A stretch of 64,000 bases of DNA, from contig CAJINV010000006.1 of NCBI GenBank assembly GCA_905178155.1, positions 1,799,876-1,863,875 on the forward strand, in the 5' to 3' direction. The notes below the pieces were generated by a model. That model made no database searches and was not told the DNA's origin. It was given only the letters and a program-made list of their open reading frames with translations. The translations under genes were made by a program, and so were the position numbers. Source of the stretch: Amoebophrya sp. A120 (Eukaryota; Protista; Dinoflagellata). Below are positions 50,901 through 62,391 of the stretch, piece by piece. How positions within the stretch are numbered: the first letter of the stretch is position 1; each line of letters begins with the position of its first letter.

Positions 50901-53900
50901 CCAGACATATTTGCATTTGATAATAAGCGAGCTGGAACAAAAAGTCGAGAATTTTGAGAAAACGGGGTCGCATGCCAGCAGTCGGGTGAGTGAATTATAT
51001 CCTGAGTAAAACCTACGTCCCCACCTCCCCAGAGCTGTGTTGCAAATCTGCATTTGCTCAGAACATCTGTCATGCTGGTCCACCGCATGTTGGCGGGCAT
51101 TTCCATTCTCCAATCGTGTTTGGCAATTTATTGTCATGCGCGAATCACGATAAGAGACCGGATTTGTGATGCGTCCGGGCTATTATACCTATGCAAGACT
51201 ATGTTACGTCCAGAAACTTGTCATGCGCCAGCGCCAAAACTTCAACTTGTGGATTTGTCTAGCAGATTTTTTTTTCCATCTTGATAGATTATGGGGAGGT
51301 GGGGACATTTTTACTCAGGATAAATTAGAAAACGAACTCAAGGAGAAAGAGGACGAGACAGAGGAGATCAAGCAGAAAGCTACGCAAGAAAAAAACTGTG
51401 TAAGTGTAAATCTGTGATGCAGAAAATGGAAAACAGTTTACACTTGTCATGCTTGACATGCATGATCGGCTCGCTTCGTAGGTGTTTTCCCTTCCTATCT
51501 GCGCATCACAAGTTTTTCCTGTCATGGCAGACAAACTTGTGATGCTGTTTTCCCAAAAGACAACACTAACACAGTTTTTTTCTTGCATAAAAGCGCGGGA
51601 GCGAATAGAAGAAATGTCCACCGCGAATGAGGAAATTAAGGTACTCTAGTACGTTGTGGTTTTTTTTTGTCATGCAGCACAAGCAGCGGGGCTAGCACGG
51701 AGTCATTCTTTACAGGATCACTTCTTTACCATGCAGAGTGACATTAGACACGACGGCGCTCAGCACACTGCCTTATCTAACAGGACATCTCCGCCTATTG
51801 TCACCTCGTGAATGCTGTTATGCTGCATGGTGTACCACGTAACAAAGATACCATACTGAAAGCACATGCACGACAAGGGCTGAGCCGCATGATTTCTTGT
51901 GTGGTGCAGAAAGATTTTTATCACGTGTAGACGCAACGTATTAAAACTACCCTGAAATTATAAACTACAGGCTAAAGCGCGGGAAGCCCTGGAGCGGAAA
52001 GAGCAGGAACTTGATGAGATGCGGGGAGAGAACGAAACCTTCAAACAGCGCGCAAAGGAAATGATAGAAAAATACAAGACGGAAATCGAGGAGTTAGAGA
52101 GCATATGAAGTGCAAAAGTAAAAGTATCGTTTACTACGTTGTATGAACTGCATTACAAATCAAGAGTAGCGCAACACATTGCCTTAGCATACCAGATTAG
52201 ATTTGCAGTGCGGATTCGCCTTAAGAAAGAGATTTGTAATGCAGAAACGCGATTAAAAATACTACGAGTTTACGATGCTTTTGCGTTGCATACAGCAAGC
52301 AGACCAACGTGGAAGAGATACAGGTATTTTATCCTGTGCAAAAGTGTCGTACTCGTGGTAATCGCAATCATGCATGCGGAATCCTAGCATGACGGCGCTC
52401 TAGACCGAGGCTAGTCCAATGCACCGGGCTAGGATGGGTCGCAGTGCCCTGGACGTTTGGCGCGGCCTAGCGTGGGGCAAATCGTTTTGCTTTGTTTTTC
52501 CTCATGTTTTCCTCATGCACTACCCTAGTCCGGGCCTTGCGCGAGTTTGCGAAGCTAATTTTTGACATGCTAGGCCCAAACGCTGCGGCGGACTCGCCTA
52601 GGCTAGGACAGTGACCCGAGGCCGCCTAGCCTAGGGCGTAGAGCGCTAGTTTTTGCTTCTGTCCTGTTGGCTTTTCGTGTGCCAGCTTCGTTCTTGGGGG
52701 CCTTTCGGCAGATGCGCCGGCCTTCGGCGTTGCTTTGTCTGGTTGACGTTCAGGGGCCGGACCGCGCAAACCCAGGGACGCCGCACAGCGGGGCGGCAGG
52801 CCAAGGAATGGCGTGCGGCATGTTCTTGGCGCGGCCGGGCCATTGGGAACGCCCAAGCAAGACCCGAGCGGGCCCGTGCCTCTTTTCTTGCCTGCGAGTG
52901 TGTGCGCGCGGCATCGGTGCGGTGGCCCTGTCCCCCGGCGGGCGCAGGTCTGCCCCTGCCGCGTGTTGCTTGTGTTTCTTTGACCGCCAGGCCCCCGCAC
53001 CAGGAGGCGCCCGCGCCTCCGACTGGGACCGTCGCCCGCGATGGCGCCGCCGAACTCGTCCCGCACGCAGCCCGCCGCGGCTGCTGTGAGTGTGTGGGCA
53101 CCCCCCTAAGGCCCCACGCACCGGCCGGCGCAGGGCGCGCGGCGTTGCTTGGCTGTGGTGGCTGCGTTGCGCGGTGACCCCTGATGTGGCTACCCTCCGC
53201 CCCCCCCCCCCCCCCCATAACAGCACCCACCAGCACAGGCGGGCGCCGCCTACCTTGGTGGCTGTGCGTGGTTGTGTAAAAGCATGGGCCCGCGCCGGGG
53301 GCGGGCGCTTCCCTTCGCACGTTGTGAGGCCTGCGGGGGTGCCCGCTGCTTGTTTCCCCTGCGCCCAAAGGGGGCCCCCAGCCTTGGTGCCCCGCGCAAT
53401 GTTGTGTTTGCTTGCGCGCCAGCACGTCGGCGCGCACTTTGTTCTTTTCCCCACGCCGGGCGCCCCAGTGTGATTAGATTCGGCTTCTCGCCTGAGCTAT
53501 GTGGCGTTCCGTCTGCGTCTGAAAGCAAGCGCGCGGCTTTTTTTCGCAAGCTTGCAGCGCAGCTCTGTTGTCGCGTTTCTTTTTCGCGCGCTTCGGTCCA
53601 TGGGCAGAGAAGCGCGCCGGCCCCCTCGTTCGTTGCTTGCTCATGCGTGACAATATTGCGCATCCTGATAGCCAAGCAGAAGTTTTTTGCCTTTGCTTTT
53701 TTATTTATTCGGTCCCATAGCGCTTGCTCTTGCTCTTTGACAACACAGCGACTCTGTTTCACGGCCATGACGTACACAAATACGCACTGCAAAACACAAA
53801 AAGCGCTGCAGTTTTGTGGCAGTCACCACCCTCGCGCAACTACCAGCGCCAGGCACTAGAGCAATTCCTGTTCTCTTTTGCGACTGCTTTTTGCTTCGGT

Positions 53901-56900
53901 TTTTCCCTCATCCGCTTGCGGGCCTAGCGTGTACTTATGTGTAAATGCCTAGGGTGGGTCCTGCGAGAGAGTTTGAAGCACTTGCATAATCCGTCATGCT
54001 CGGTCTTTTCTTTTGCAGTCTTGTATAAACATATTGAAATTCCCGTGCGAAGTGCGTGCTTCTCATGTTGCACACGCTAGGACAGCAATTTGCAAATTTT
54101 TACAACCATACTTTGTACCACTCTAGTCCATGACCCACCCTAGGACACTGCATGCATTACAAATCTCCATCTTAACCTAAATCCGCATTACAAATTCCAT
54201 TTTTCATGCTGAGGGAATTCGTCATGCGATTTATACTAGTACGTGTACGATGCTTTTGCATTTCATATGCGCGCCGTGGTCCAGAGCATGCCAACTCTTT
54301 ACCATAATCCGCATGAAAAATTTCTTCCATGATCTGTTTCTGCTGTAAATGCATCATGCCATGGGCATGACAAAGACGATAAAATTTTTTTGAATTTTTT
54401 CCACTTCATCAGGCCACGCTCCGACAGAAGCAGGTTCAGCTCGACGACATGGAGGCGAAAACTTTATCCACAGTAGTTGTATAAAACTCCTCCCGTACTG
54501 GTCACGTACAAAAAATGCTGGCTCTGCATGACAAAACACTTCATTTCCACATTCCTGATGTGGAGCATGACGAAGGTCATTTATCGAGTGGCAGTGAAAA
54601 AATCTGTGATGCATAGATATACGTGATGTTGTACGTGGTAAACAAATTTGTATTGCATAAACGACCCTGCAAGCCGACGAACTTCACAGCAAAGATGAGC
54701 AGATCGCAAAACTGCGGCACGAGAATCAATCGGAGCTGGAGCAACTGCGGTTATGCACTGCAAAAAATATGTCATCTGTGATGGAAGATTTGAATGACTG
54801 CATGATGCAACAAGAGCTTCTGGAAATGCGTGAATCAATAGGAGTGCACCTTAGCCTTTCATTTTCTGTCGCGCTGGATGCAGGTAGATTCGCTGGCTAA
54901 TTGAAAACATTATATGAATTCGGACACTCGCAACAAGGAAGCCGAAGATGAAATCTTGTTTTGCTGCCATGATGTAGTTTCTGTGCAAGAAACGGCCCTC
55001 CTGTCATTCAAGAACCACCATGACCAGACCCAGACATATTTTTTGCTTTCGATAGCGGTCGCAAATAAGTGAATCAGATAACCGCTTTAGCTATGACATC
55101 GCATACAGTTTCCCAACCACCGCACCTCCTCCTCGCACCAGAGGCTCGTCAGAAACATTTGTGAAGAAAGTGCAGGCCCTGCATGACAAACTGATTTCAT
55201 TTCGGGGCGATTGATGTAGTTTTGTTGGCTATTTGGTTTCCCTTTCCGTTTCAAAATAGTACTTATTCGGAACTACTGGGTCATGTTGTCATGCATGCAA
55301 GTGCTAGAAGATGAACCACAGGTAAAGATGAAGATAGAAACGAGGATGAAATCGTCATCTTCATTCTGCATTTTTACCAAGTTGAAGGAGGAGGCTACAA
55401 AGGAGGTACTGGGTTATTTGTGCACCTTCATACTCGCCTATCCAAGAAAAAAACTGTGTTAGTGTAACTTTCTTTGGCTGACAGCATCACAAGTTTGCTC
55501 TACATGACAGAGAAAACCTGTCACGCATGGCTTATAAGGGAAAACACAGCTGAAAAGAGGACTTCGTGGTTGTCTGGCATGACAGATGTAACTCTGTTGC
55601 ATGTTCTCCATTACAAAGTTACACTTACACAGTTTTTTTCTTGCATATCGCCAATCCCAAGCGAGAATCCGCGACTTGGAGTCTTTTATGCATTGCAAAA
55701 GTACTTCTATCGTATCAGTTGCACTTCTAGTGGTAATTGCATTACAAAGTTGCTCACCATCTTCACAAATGGAATCTGTCAGCGTCACAAATGGAATGGA
55801 ATTTGTCTTCATGATGATGTAGCTCCTTCAAGGAACTACCCTTCCCAAGGCTTGGGAAGAAGATTTGTAATGCATAGCTGCAATTAGTAGTACTCCCCGA
55901 GAGATCTGAAACGAGCACCGCCCGAGACTTTACTGGGTGAATATCTGAAACAGCTAAAAGATAACTCTTTTTGAATTTTTGCAGCGCGCGCAAGCTTGCG
56001 CTGCCGGGGGGCTTCGCCCTCCCCACGCTCGCGAAAGGTTTTGGACTTTACCCCGCCTCTTCGGCTTTTTCTTCCATTGCGTGCAGTGTAGCCTCGGCAG
56101 GCGATTCGTTAGTTTTCCCCGCCGCCGGCTCGCGTGCTGATGTGGGCGCCCTTGGGTTGTTTTCCGTTTTTTTTGTTGCTCGCGTGGCGCGGGTTTCCAT
56201 GTCTGAGCTAAGGCGAGCGGCTCCGCGGTGTTTTGTGCTCTATATATTTTGCCGGGGCTTTTTGTGCCTTTTTGCTATTCTATGGCAGCAGGAACATGAA
56301 CAACAGTCCGCCCCTGCAGTTGGCGCCCTTTTGTTCTTTTTCGTGTCGAAATTTTTGCCGCTGCTCTTTTTTTTTTTTCGTTAGTAAATATTGCCCCGCT
56401 AGCACATAGGATAGCCCGCGGCGCTTGTGCCTTTCCGTGCCTTTTGGTAGCGTGCCTGCCAGCGCAAACAACCGCGGGCCGTTTTCCGTGTTGCATTGGC
56501 TTTTGCCGTTTTTCTACTAGCTGCTCGAGCATGTTTGCCGCATTTTTGCACTGGCCCTCGCCGGTCTGTGCACTTCCCGGCCCCCTCCGCGTATTTTTGT
56601 GGGCCAAACCACGCTGCGCCGGTTGTCTGTGTTTTTCGCACTTTCCTTCCAGAGCTAGCGGCGCGACTGTTTCGCGTAAGTGCCCTGCATTAGCAACAAG
56701 CTAGGCTCTTCGTTGGTTTTCCATGTAATGTAATCCCGGAGGCCGGTTCGGCGTGTCAGCCAGCGGCCTGCTTCTTGGTGTGGGCATTTTTCTGATGTTT
56801 TTCGCTTTGCGCGCTGACCGCATGGCGTTTATCTTCATGCCCGGGCGCAGAGGAGTGACGCGGCAGCGTTTTGCGCTCCTTTTCTGCAAGTGTGCGGCTT

Positions 56901-59900
56901 TGTCTTTGTTATCCTTTTTGCGCTGCAGCGCCAGACCCGATTTACCAAGGAAGCACAAGAGGCGCCGCAGTTGCTAAGGTTCTGCGCTAAGGTTGGCGAC
57001 GTTGTCCATGTTCTGCCTTCGTCTTCCTTTTTTGGTGTCTTTTCGCTGCTTTTTTGCCGTACTTCGCTCATTTTGTTGCGTTTTTGTGTCTTTTCGAGCT
57101 ACGCGGAGCCTTTTCGGCGCATTTTCTTTGGGCCTAAAAACGAACAAACTGCCTGGGGATGATTATTCTCGCCGCCTTTTTGCCGTATTTCATTGGGTCA
57201 CCCTGCCGCGCTTTTGCGCCTTTTGAAACTGAAGGAATGCTCTTTGACACATTTCGGCCCTCAGAGCGGCCAAACTGTCTGGAATTGGCCTGGCGGGTGC
57301 GATACATAGCGCCACCGCTCTACGGGCTTGCTTCTGCAAAATCACGGGCGCGCGCCTTGTTGCGCTTTTGTGTCTTTTTGGAGAATTTGCAAAGTGTTGC
57401 ACTTTTTCGCCTATTTCGATGGCCTTGCGACGTTTTTGCCTTAGCTTGGGTCTTTTGGTACATTTGCACACTTTTCGAGCTAACTAAGTGAAGCCCATGG
57501 CCCACATGTGTCGCATTTGCGGCTTTTTGACTTAACAAGACCAGCTCTGCGCTGTTTTTCCTCGCATTTGGGTCCTTTTGCTGTGTTTTTGTGCTTTCCC
57601 ACGATCATTTTGCTGCGTTTTTGGGCCTTTTTTGCTGATTTTTGCGGAATTTGAGCACTTTCGACACATTTCGGGCCTCAAAAAGTCCGAGCCGTCTGCT
57701 TTTGGCTTTACCCGTGGGTCATTGCCAGCGAACGCGCTGCAGCGCTTTGCAAAAACACCGGCGCCCGCTTTGGTCTGTTCTTGGCTGGTCGTGGTTAGTG
57801 TGCAAATGGTCGCACTTTCTTGCTTATTTTGATGGTTTTCCGACGTTTTTGTCTTAGTTTGCGTTTTTTTGGGCGTATGTGCACTTTCCAGGCCCAACTA
57901 GGTGAAGCCCACGGCCCGAATGTTGCGCGTTTTTGGCTTTTTGGCTTAACAAGAGCAATTTTGCTGCAAAATAGGACTACTTAACTGCCATCAAAGAGGC
58001 GCGCTCTTTCTTTACAAAGAGTGTGACCTCGTTGCCATCGGCACGCGGGTCGCCGTGGTTTGGGTTGTTTTTCGTTGGTGTGCAAAGTGTTGCGCTTTTG
58101 TGTTTATTTCGATGAATTTGCGTCCTTTTCTTCTAAGTTTTCGCTTTTTTGCGCATCTGCGCAATTTTTAGGATTAACTAGGTGAAGCCATCGTGCGCAT
58201 TTTCGTCGTTTTTGTTCTTTTTGACTTAACAAGGCCACTTTTGCACTAAGATGATTTCACTTAGCTTCAAAAAGGTGCACTTTTACCTTAAGAAAATTGG
58301 CATTTTTTTTTGCATGTAATGCATGTTTGCAATACAAGTTAGAGACGATAGCGGTACTTTTGCAGTGGATATCTTTGGTGAAGATGCAACAGCAGAACCA
58401 GAAGAACGTATTCATGGATTTTGATAAGATGCGAGCAAGGGGTTAGTTTTGTTTGTCATGCAAGATTTCTCATGACGTACATGATTATTTCTCATGCGTG
58501 TATCTATGCCATCGCCATGTTGATGAGCTACATCAAAAAATTTCCGAATTGTACAGGAGCGCGAACAGGAGATTGAGGTGTCAAGGCTTCTCCACCTGTT
58601 GCTCGACGAATACTCCGGGGAGGTCATGCTCGGCGAGGAAAGAGGAACGCCCTTTAACCTGTGTAAAAGTACTACCGTACTACAACTCGTAGTACAACTT
58701 GTGGCAGTCCTGCATTACAAATCTTTGTCTGCAAGTAAAAAATCCGCATGACAAATCCCATAATTTCCCATTATGCTGAGGAAATTTGTAATGCAATTCC
58801 TGCTAGTACTGCGTGTACCACGATAGTACTTTTACAATCCATACCTTATCTGCAGCAGCTAGGCCGCATTATTGAAGAAACGGTGTCGATACACCAGAGA
58901 CAAGGTACGAAAATGCCTATGATGCGTTCCTATGCATGACAGGTTTGTGTTGTATTGGGTTCCTATGCATGACAGGTTTGTGTTGTATTGGGTTCCTATG
59001 CATGACAGGTTTGTGTTGTATTGGGTTCTACTCCTACATCAGAAATCACAAACAAAAATTATCATGAAAAATCCTCCAGTGATCGAAACGCGGCAAGTTT
59101 CCGGGGCTCGCGACCAACTCCGGCAGGAGAACCTGAAACTAACCTTATCCTGTGCAAAAGTTCAAATATCGATAAAACTGGATAATTCTAGGTCGAGATC
59201 GAGCTGCAGACCACTTCTAGGTCGACATGCATAGGCGCATACAACTTCTAGGTTACATACTTCATCTAGGTCGACGTCGTGTGGTTTTCTCCTACTAGGA
59301 GAAGTACCTGAAGTACTAGCATTGAATTTTTTATATAAATTCCATTGATAACTTATTCAATCATGCCGAGCAGGAATCAACAAAATTTGTCATGCAAAAA
59401 TTCTTTCACTAGTATCGTATTTACTTTTGCAGAGGATACAGGCGGGACGTGAATGATTTGCAGCGGGAGTTGGCGAATTCGGGGTTTTTCGCGACGGTGT
59501 CCAAGGTCGGCTATGAGAGCTCACAACTCCCCCTGTTCCCCCCGAGCTGTACCATCCGAAATGAGCAGCAATACAAACGCCACCACATGTGGAGCCTGTG
59601 CATGACAAAGTCATGCGCACCCTCGTGTAGAAGTACTGTTTGGGCCTGCTCCGGATGAATCTGTCATGCAAACAGTGCCACAGGGAAGCGAAGGAAGCAC
59701 TTGGATTTGATGGGGTGTAGTTGCATGACATCAAACCAGGGGGAGCAGGGGGAGTTGTGCACTCCCATATCGGCAACGCGGTGTTCTCGAGGTGTCCCGG
59801 GCGGGGAGGCGCTGGGGGACACAAAAAACAGTATCCTGTGCAAAAGTATCGCACGTAGCATAAATTGCATTACAAATTAGGTTAGCCTAACAGATGGACT

Positions 59901-60035
59901 CTGTAATGCTGTTTTTGCTAAGGAAGGCGATTTGTCATGCATATTTGCCATTAGTTCGAGTGCGATACTTTTGCAACTGATAAACACGACGGGCTGCCAA
60001 TTTCGAACTTCCACGACACGCGCGAGGATTTATAG
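44919..60035 (+). CDS. Very long coiled-coil (golgin/myosin-tail-like) protein with an acidic Phe-rich N-terminus
   Basis: ATG 44919 (MADSVWDNFDADF) to TAG 60033-60035. E/K/Q/A heptads with a recurring EIK(E/Q)KARE(R/K)I motif. Elements: 44996-45187, 45234-45464, 45512-45773, 46402-46619, 46770-47024, 47109-47373, 48171-48357, 48388-48649, 48856-49013, 49249-49567, 49720-49874, 50160-50307, 50663-50922, 50998-51322, 51381-51589, 52104-52292, 54465-54659, 54752-55054, 55092-55432, 55439-55647, 55687-58371, 58655-58843, 59146-59438, 59512-59769, 59832-59982. GT-AG introns: 46078-46344, 51641-51970, 52324-54412, 58408-58556, 58905-59079. Confidence 0.82.
45234..45464. mobile_element. TIR introner family G
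   Basis: TIR TATGAAAGTGCACAACTCCC...GGGAGTTGTGCACTGTCATA, TSD CGCGT. Other copies start at 46402 and 59512; degenerate copies at 18078 and 55092. Confidence 0.9.
50998..51322. mobile_element. TIR introner family F
   Basis: TIR TATCCTGAGTAAAACCTACGTCCCCACCTCCCCA...TGGGGAGGTGGGGACATTTTTACTCAGGATA, TSD AATTA. Other copies: 28034-28351 and 37206-37433. Confidence 0.88.
52376..54151. mobile_element. GC-rich insertion (~1.8 kb) nested in the family B element 52330-54267, itself inside the GT-AG intron 52324-54412
   Basis: Flanked by ATGCAT direct repeats (52370-52375, 54152-54157). Imperfect TIR GCGGAATCCTAG / CTAGGACACTGC. Many CCTAG/CTAGG motifs near the ends. Host B sequence resumes at 54152. 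Confidence 0.72.
55439..55647. mobile_element. TIR introner family D (~209 bp)
   Basis: TIR TATCCAAGAAAAAAACTGTGTTAGTGTAACTTT...AAAGTTACACTTACACAGTTTTTTTCTTGCATA, TSD TCGCC. Other starts: 12737, 15804, 27789, 34501, 42513, 51381; D-like at 36861, 63558 and 63972. Confidence 0.92.
55895..58290. repeat. T-rich repeat-derived insertion (~2.4 kb) inside the family B element 55687-58371
   Basis: Host TIRs and TSD TCTTT are intact at both ends. Three diverged copies of AACTA(A/G)GTGAAGCC...TTTTTG(A/G)CTTAACAAG at ~57482, ~57896 and ~58175. Boundaries approximate. Confidence 0.65.
58926..59027. repeat. 33-bp tandem repeat, 3 copies, within a GT-AG intron
   Basis: GTTCCTATGCATGACAGGTTTGTGTTGTATTGG three times. 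Confidence 0.95.
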
Positions 60036-60574
60036 CACAAGAAACTACAACTCCGGCTGCTTCATTCGCATGTGGAGATACTGACCCTAATTTGTGCTGG
60101 GAGGACGCGGTCCTCTATATATCCTCTATATGGAGTTTTTGGTGTACATCATCACACATGGAAGTACCCTCTTCACCATACTGTAGTACCCAAAGAAGTT
60201 CAAAGCCTTCTCGTTCTTCTTCCAAGTAACTCTTTTTCCTACAATTCTTTCGCTACTACTTTTCGCACGGCGAGGCCGAGGGCTATCTTCCTCTGATCTG
60301 CGCCGCGATAGTTGGTACTGTGCAAAAAATCCCCCACAGCAAAAAATCAATCTGATGAATTCGACGCATTTTGATATTTACCTCACGGCACGACCGGAAG
60401 CTGTTGGCATTGTCTGTCTTCTTTATTCATGTATTAAGTCTCACCCGAAACCGAATTGATGATTTATCAACCTAGTAAGCTCACCTCAAGCTGTACTAGG
60501 CCGTGCTGTTGTTGCCCGAGGACCCACGTCTTTCGCAGCTTGGGTAGACGATTCACGTCCAGCACATCAGCAGG

Positions 60575-60837
60575 TATCAAATGTAAAAATGTCTGGGTCT
60601 GGAAGATTCTGAGACTTGTCATGCATGTTTTGCATGACCAAGGATGTCTGTAATGCACGACCTAGCATCCCAGATTTTTAGAGGGCTTCCTGATGCCTAC
60701 TCCGCATGACAAACGCCCTTCCCGCTTAGCACAAATCAGACTCCTCTTGCTGGTCATGCAATACAGATTTTTTTTACCTTCCAAAGACAGCATCACAAGT
60801 TGCAACCTTCCAGACCCAGACACTTTTACATTTGATA
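60575..60837. mobile_element. Family A element outside any recognised CDS
   Basis: Intact TIRs and perfect TSD GCAGG; very similar to 41908-42169 and 63246-63507. Confidence 0.9.
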
Positions 60838-62391
60838 GCAGGCGCCAGCTACTTAGACTTACCGAGTTTCACTTCTAGTACACGTAAACGCAATTTCAAA
60901 GAAAATTCGCTTCCCACTGTGGTCCCTGTCGGGTGCAGCAGCATGGGACTACTTAAGCACTTAGATGCGGTTCTACTCCTCGCATCGTCTTGGAATTTAT
61001 TTCCTTCTTTCGGAAATGAACTGATGATCATGAATTTCCTACCTGTAGTTATGCTGTAGTTGTGGAAAGAAATCAAAATTCGAAAATCAAAATGTGGTCT
61101 TACCGTTGGACGAGCAAAAATGTTGTACCAAAAACTGATACTGACAAATGAATTTTTACAACATGTATCAAAACGGAACTAGTACAACGACCCATCTTCT
61201 CAATTCAGAGTCATGAAGCGAAACAACCAAGGAAGGTAGTAGCTTCATCGCTGCGGCGGCTGCTCTACTATTTCTTGTACTCGACTCAGGTGATTTCTGA
61301 TATTTCTGGTCTGCTATAGTGCCAAGGAGAATGAAGGACTGTCTCGCGGTCCTATGGTCTGGTCGTGATGTAGTTCTGTTGCGACGCCGCGATGGATCGA
61401 AGTCACGCTCTTTTTCGAGTGGAGAAAAAAATCAAGATCATTAGCCCGTATGAATTGTCGAGGTTCATCATCAATTTTTTTACTTTGTTCAGCACTGAAA
61501 ATATCGGTAGGTGAGGATCTTGCACCATTTGGTGTTGTACAACAGTGCATAAATGAAACGGATCACAAATAAACGAGGACCCAGAGCCAGAAATTCTTGT
61601 TGACACGCAAAAATAAAACGCAAATGTTCATCTCGGCAGATCTGGATCTTGTGTTTTGGACCAGGGCCTCTTGTTCCTCTACGCGTTCAATAATGCGAAG
61701 ATTGTGATTGGCCCAACCTCAAAGTGAAAATGATTTGTAATGCAAAAAAACGACTCCAGTTGGAGCACCATTTGTAGTCGGCGCATGACAAATTTCCCGG
61801 GCACTCAAAACGTGTCTGTCATGCTAGTTAGGCAAAGGGATGCCCTCCTCTCATGCTAATCAGGAGCCCAATTCTGAACCCGTAGAAGCGCAATAGTCGG
61901 CCTCCGTTGCGTTCTCTGCAATGCAGTCTTTTTGGTGTCGCATTTCATGCATCACAAATTATTTCCACTTTAAGGATTTCCATTCTGAGGGTGTCATAAC
62001 ACATTCTTCTACTCTAGGTCAACCGCTCCTCCAGGATAAATTGGTTCGACGGCTCCTGAAATATGTTAAGATCCTTAAACAAGATGACACACCATCAACG
62101 ACATGGACGAGCAGTAGCTGATGATTTATTGTCCATTTGATTTCAATCTCAATCTCAATTGATGTCATCACGACGACCACAGGCCTGAAGCTACTTGATA
62201 GAAACGGTCTTGACGACGTAGTTGAGGATTATATATATAGTGGCATTAGTCTATTTCTACTTCTAGTTCTACACAATTGCTATTAGTACACGACACGGTG
62301 AAGAGGACTACTTACTTTTGCTCTACTAGTGTTCACCGAGCCGTGCTGTCACTTTTTCCTTGAGCAGCAAGAAGTACTAGAATTGATAAGA

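Noticed and set aside
52626-53927. Overlapping ORFs in the GC-rich nested insert as a transposase
   Set aside because: Open in many frames on both strands, with no recognisable DDE, RT or Rep motifs.
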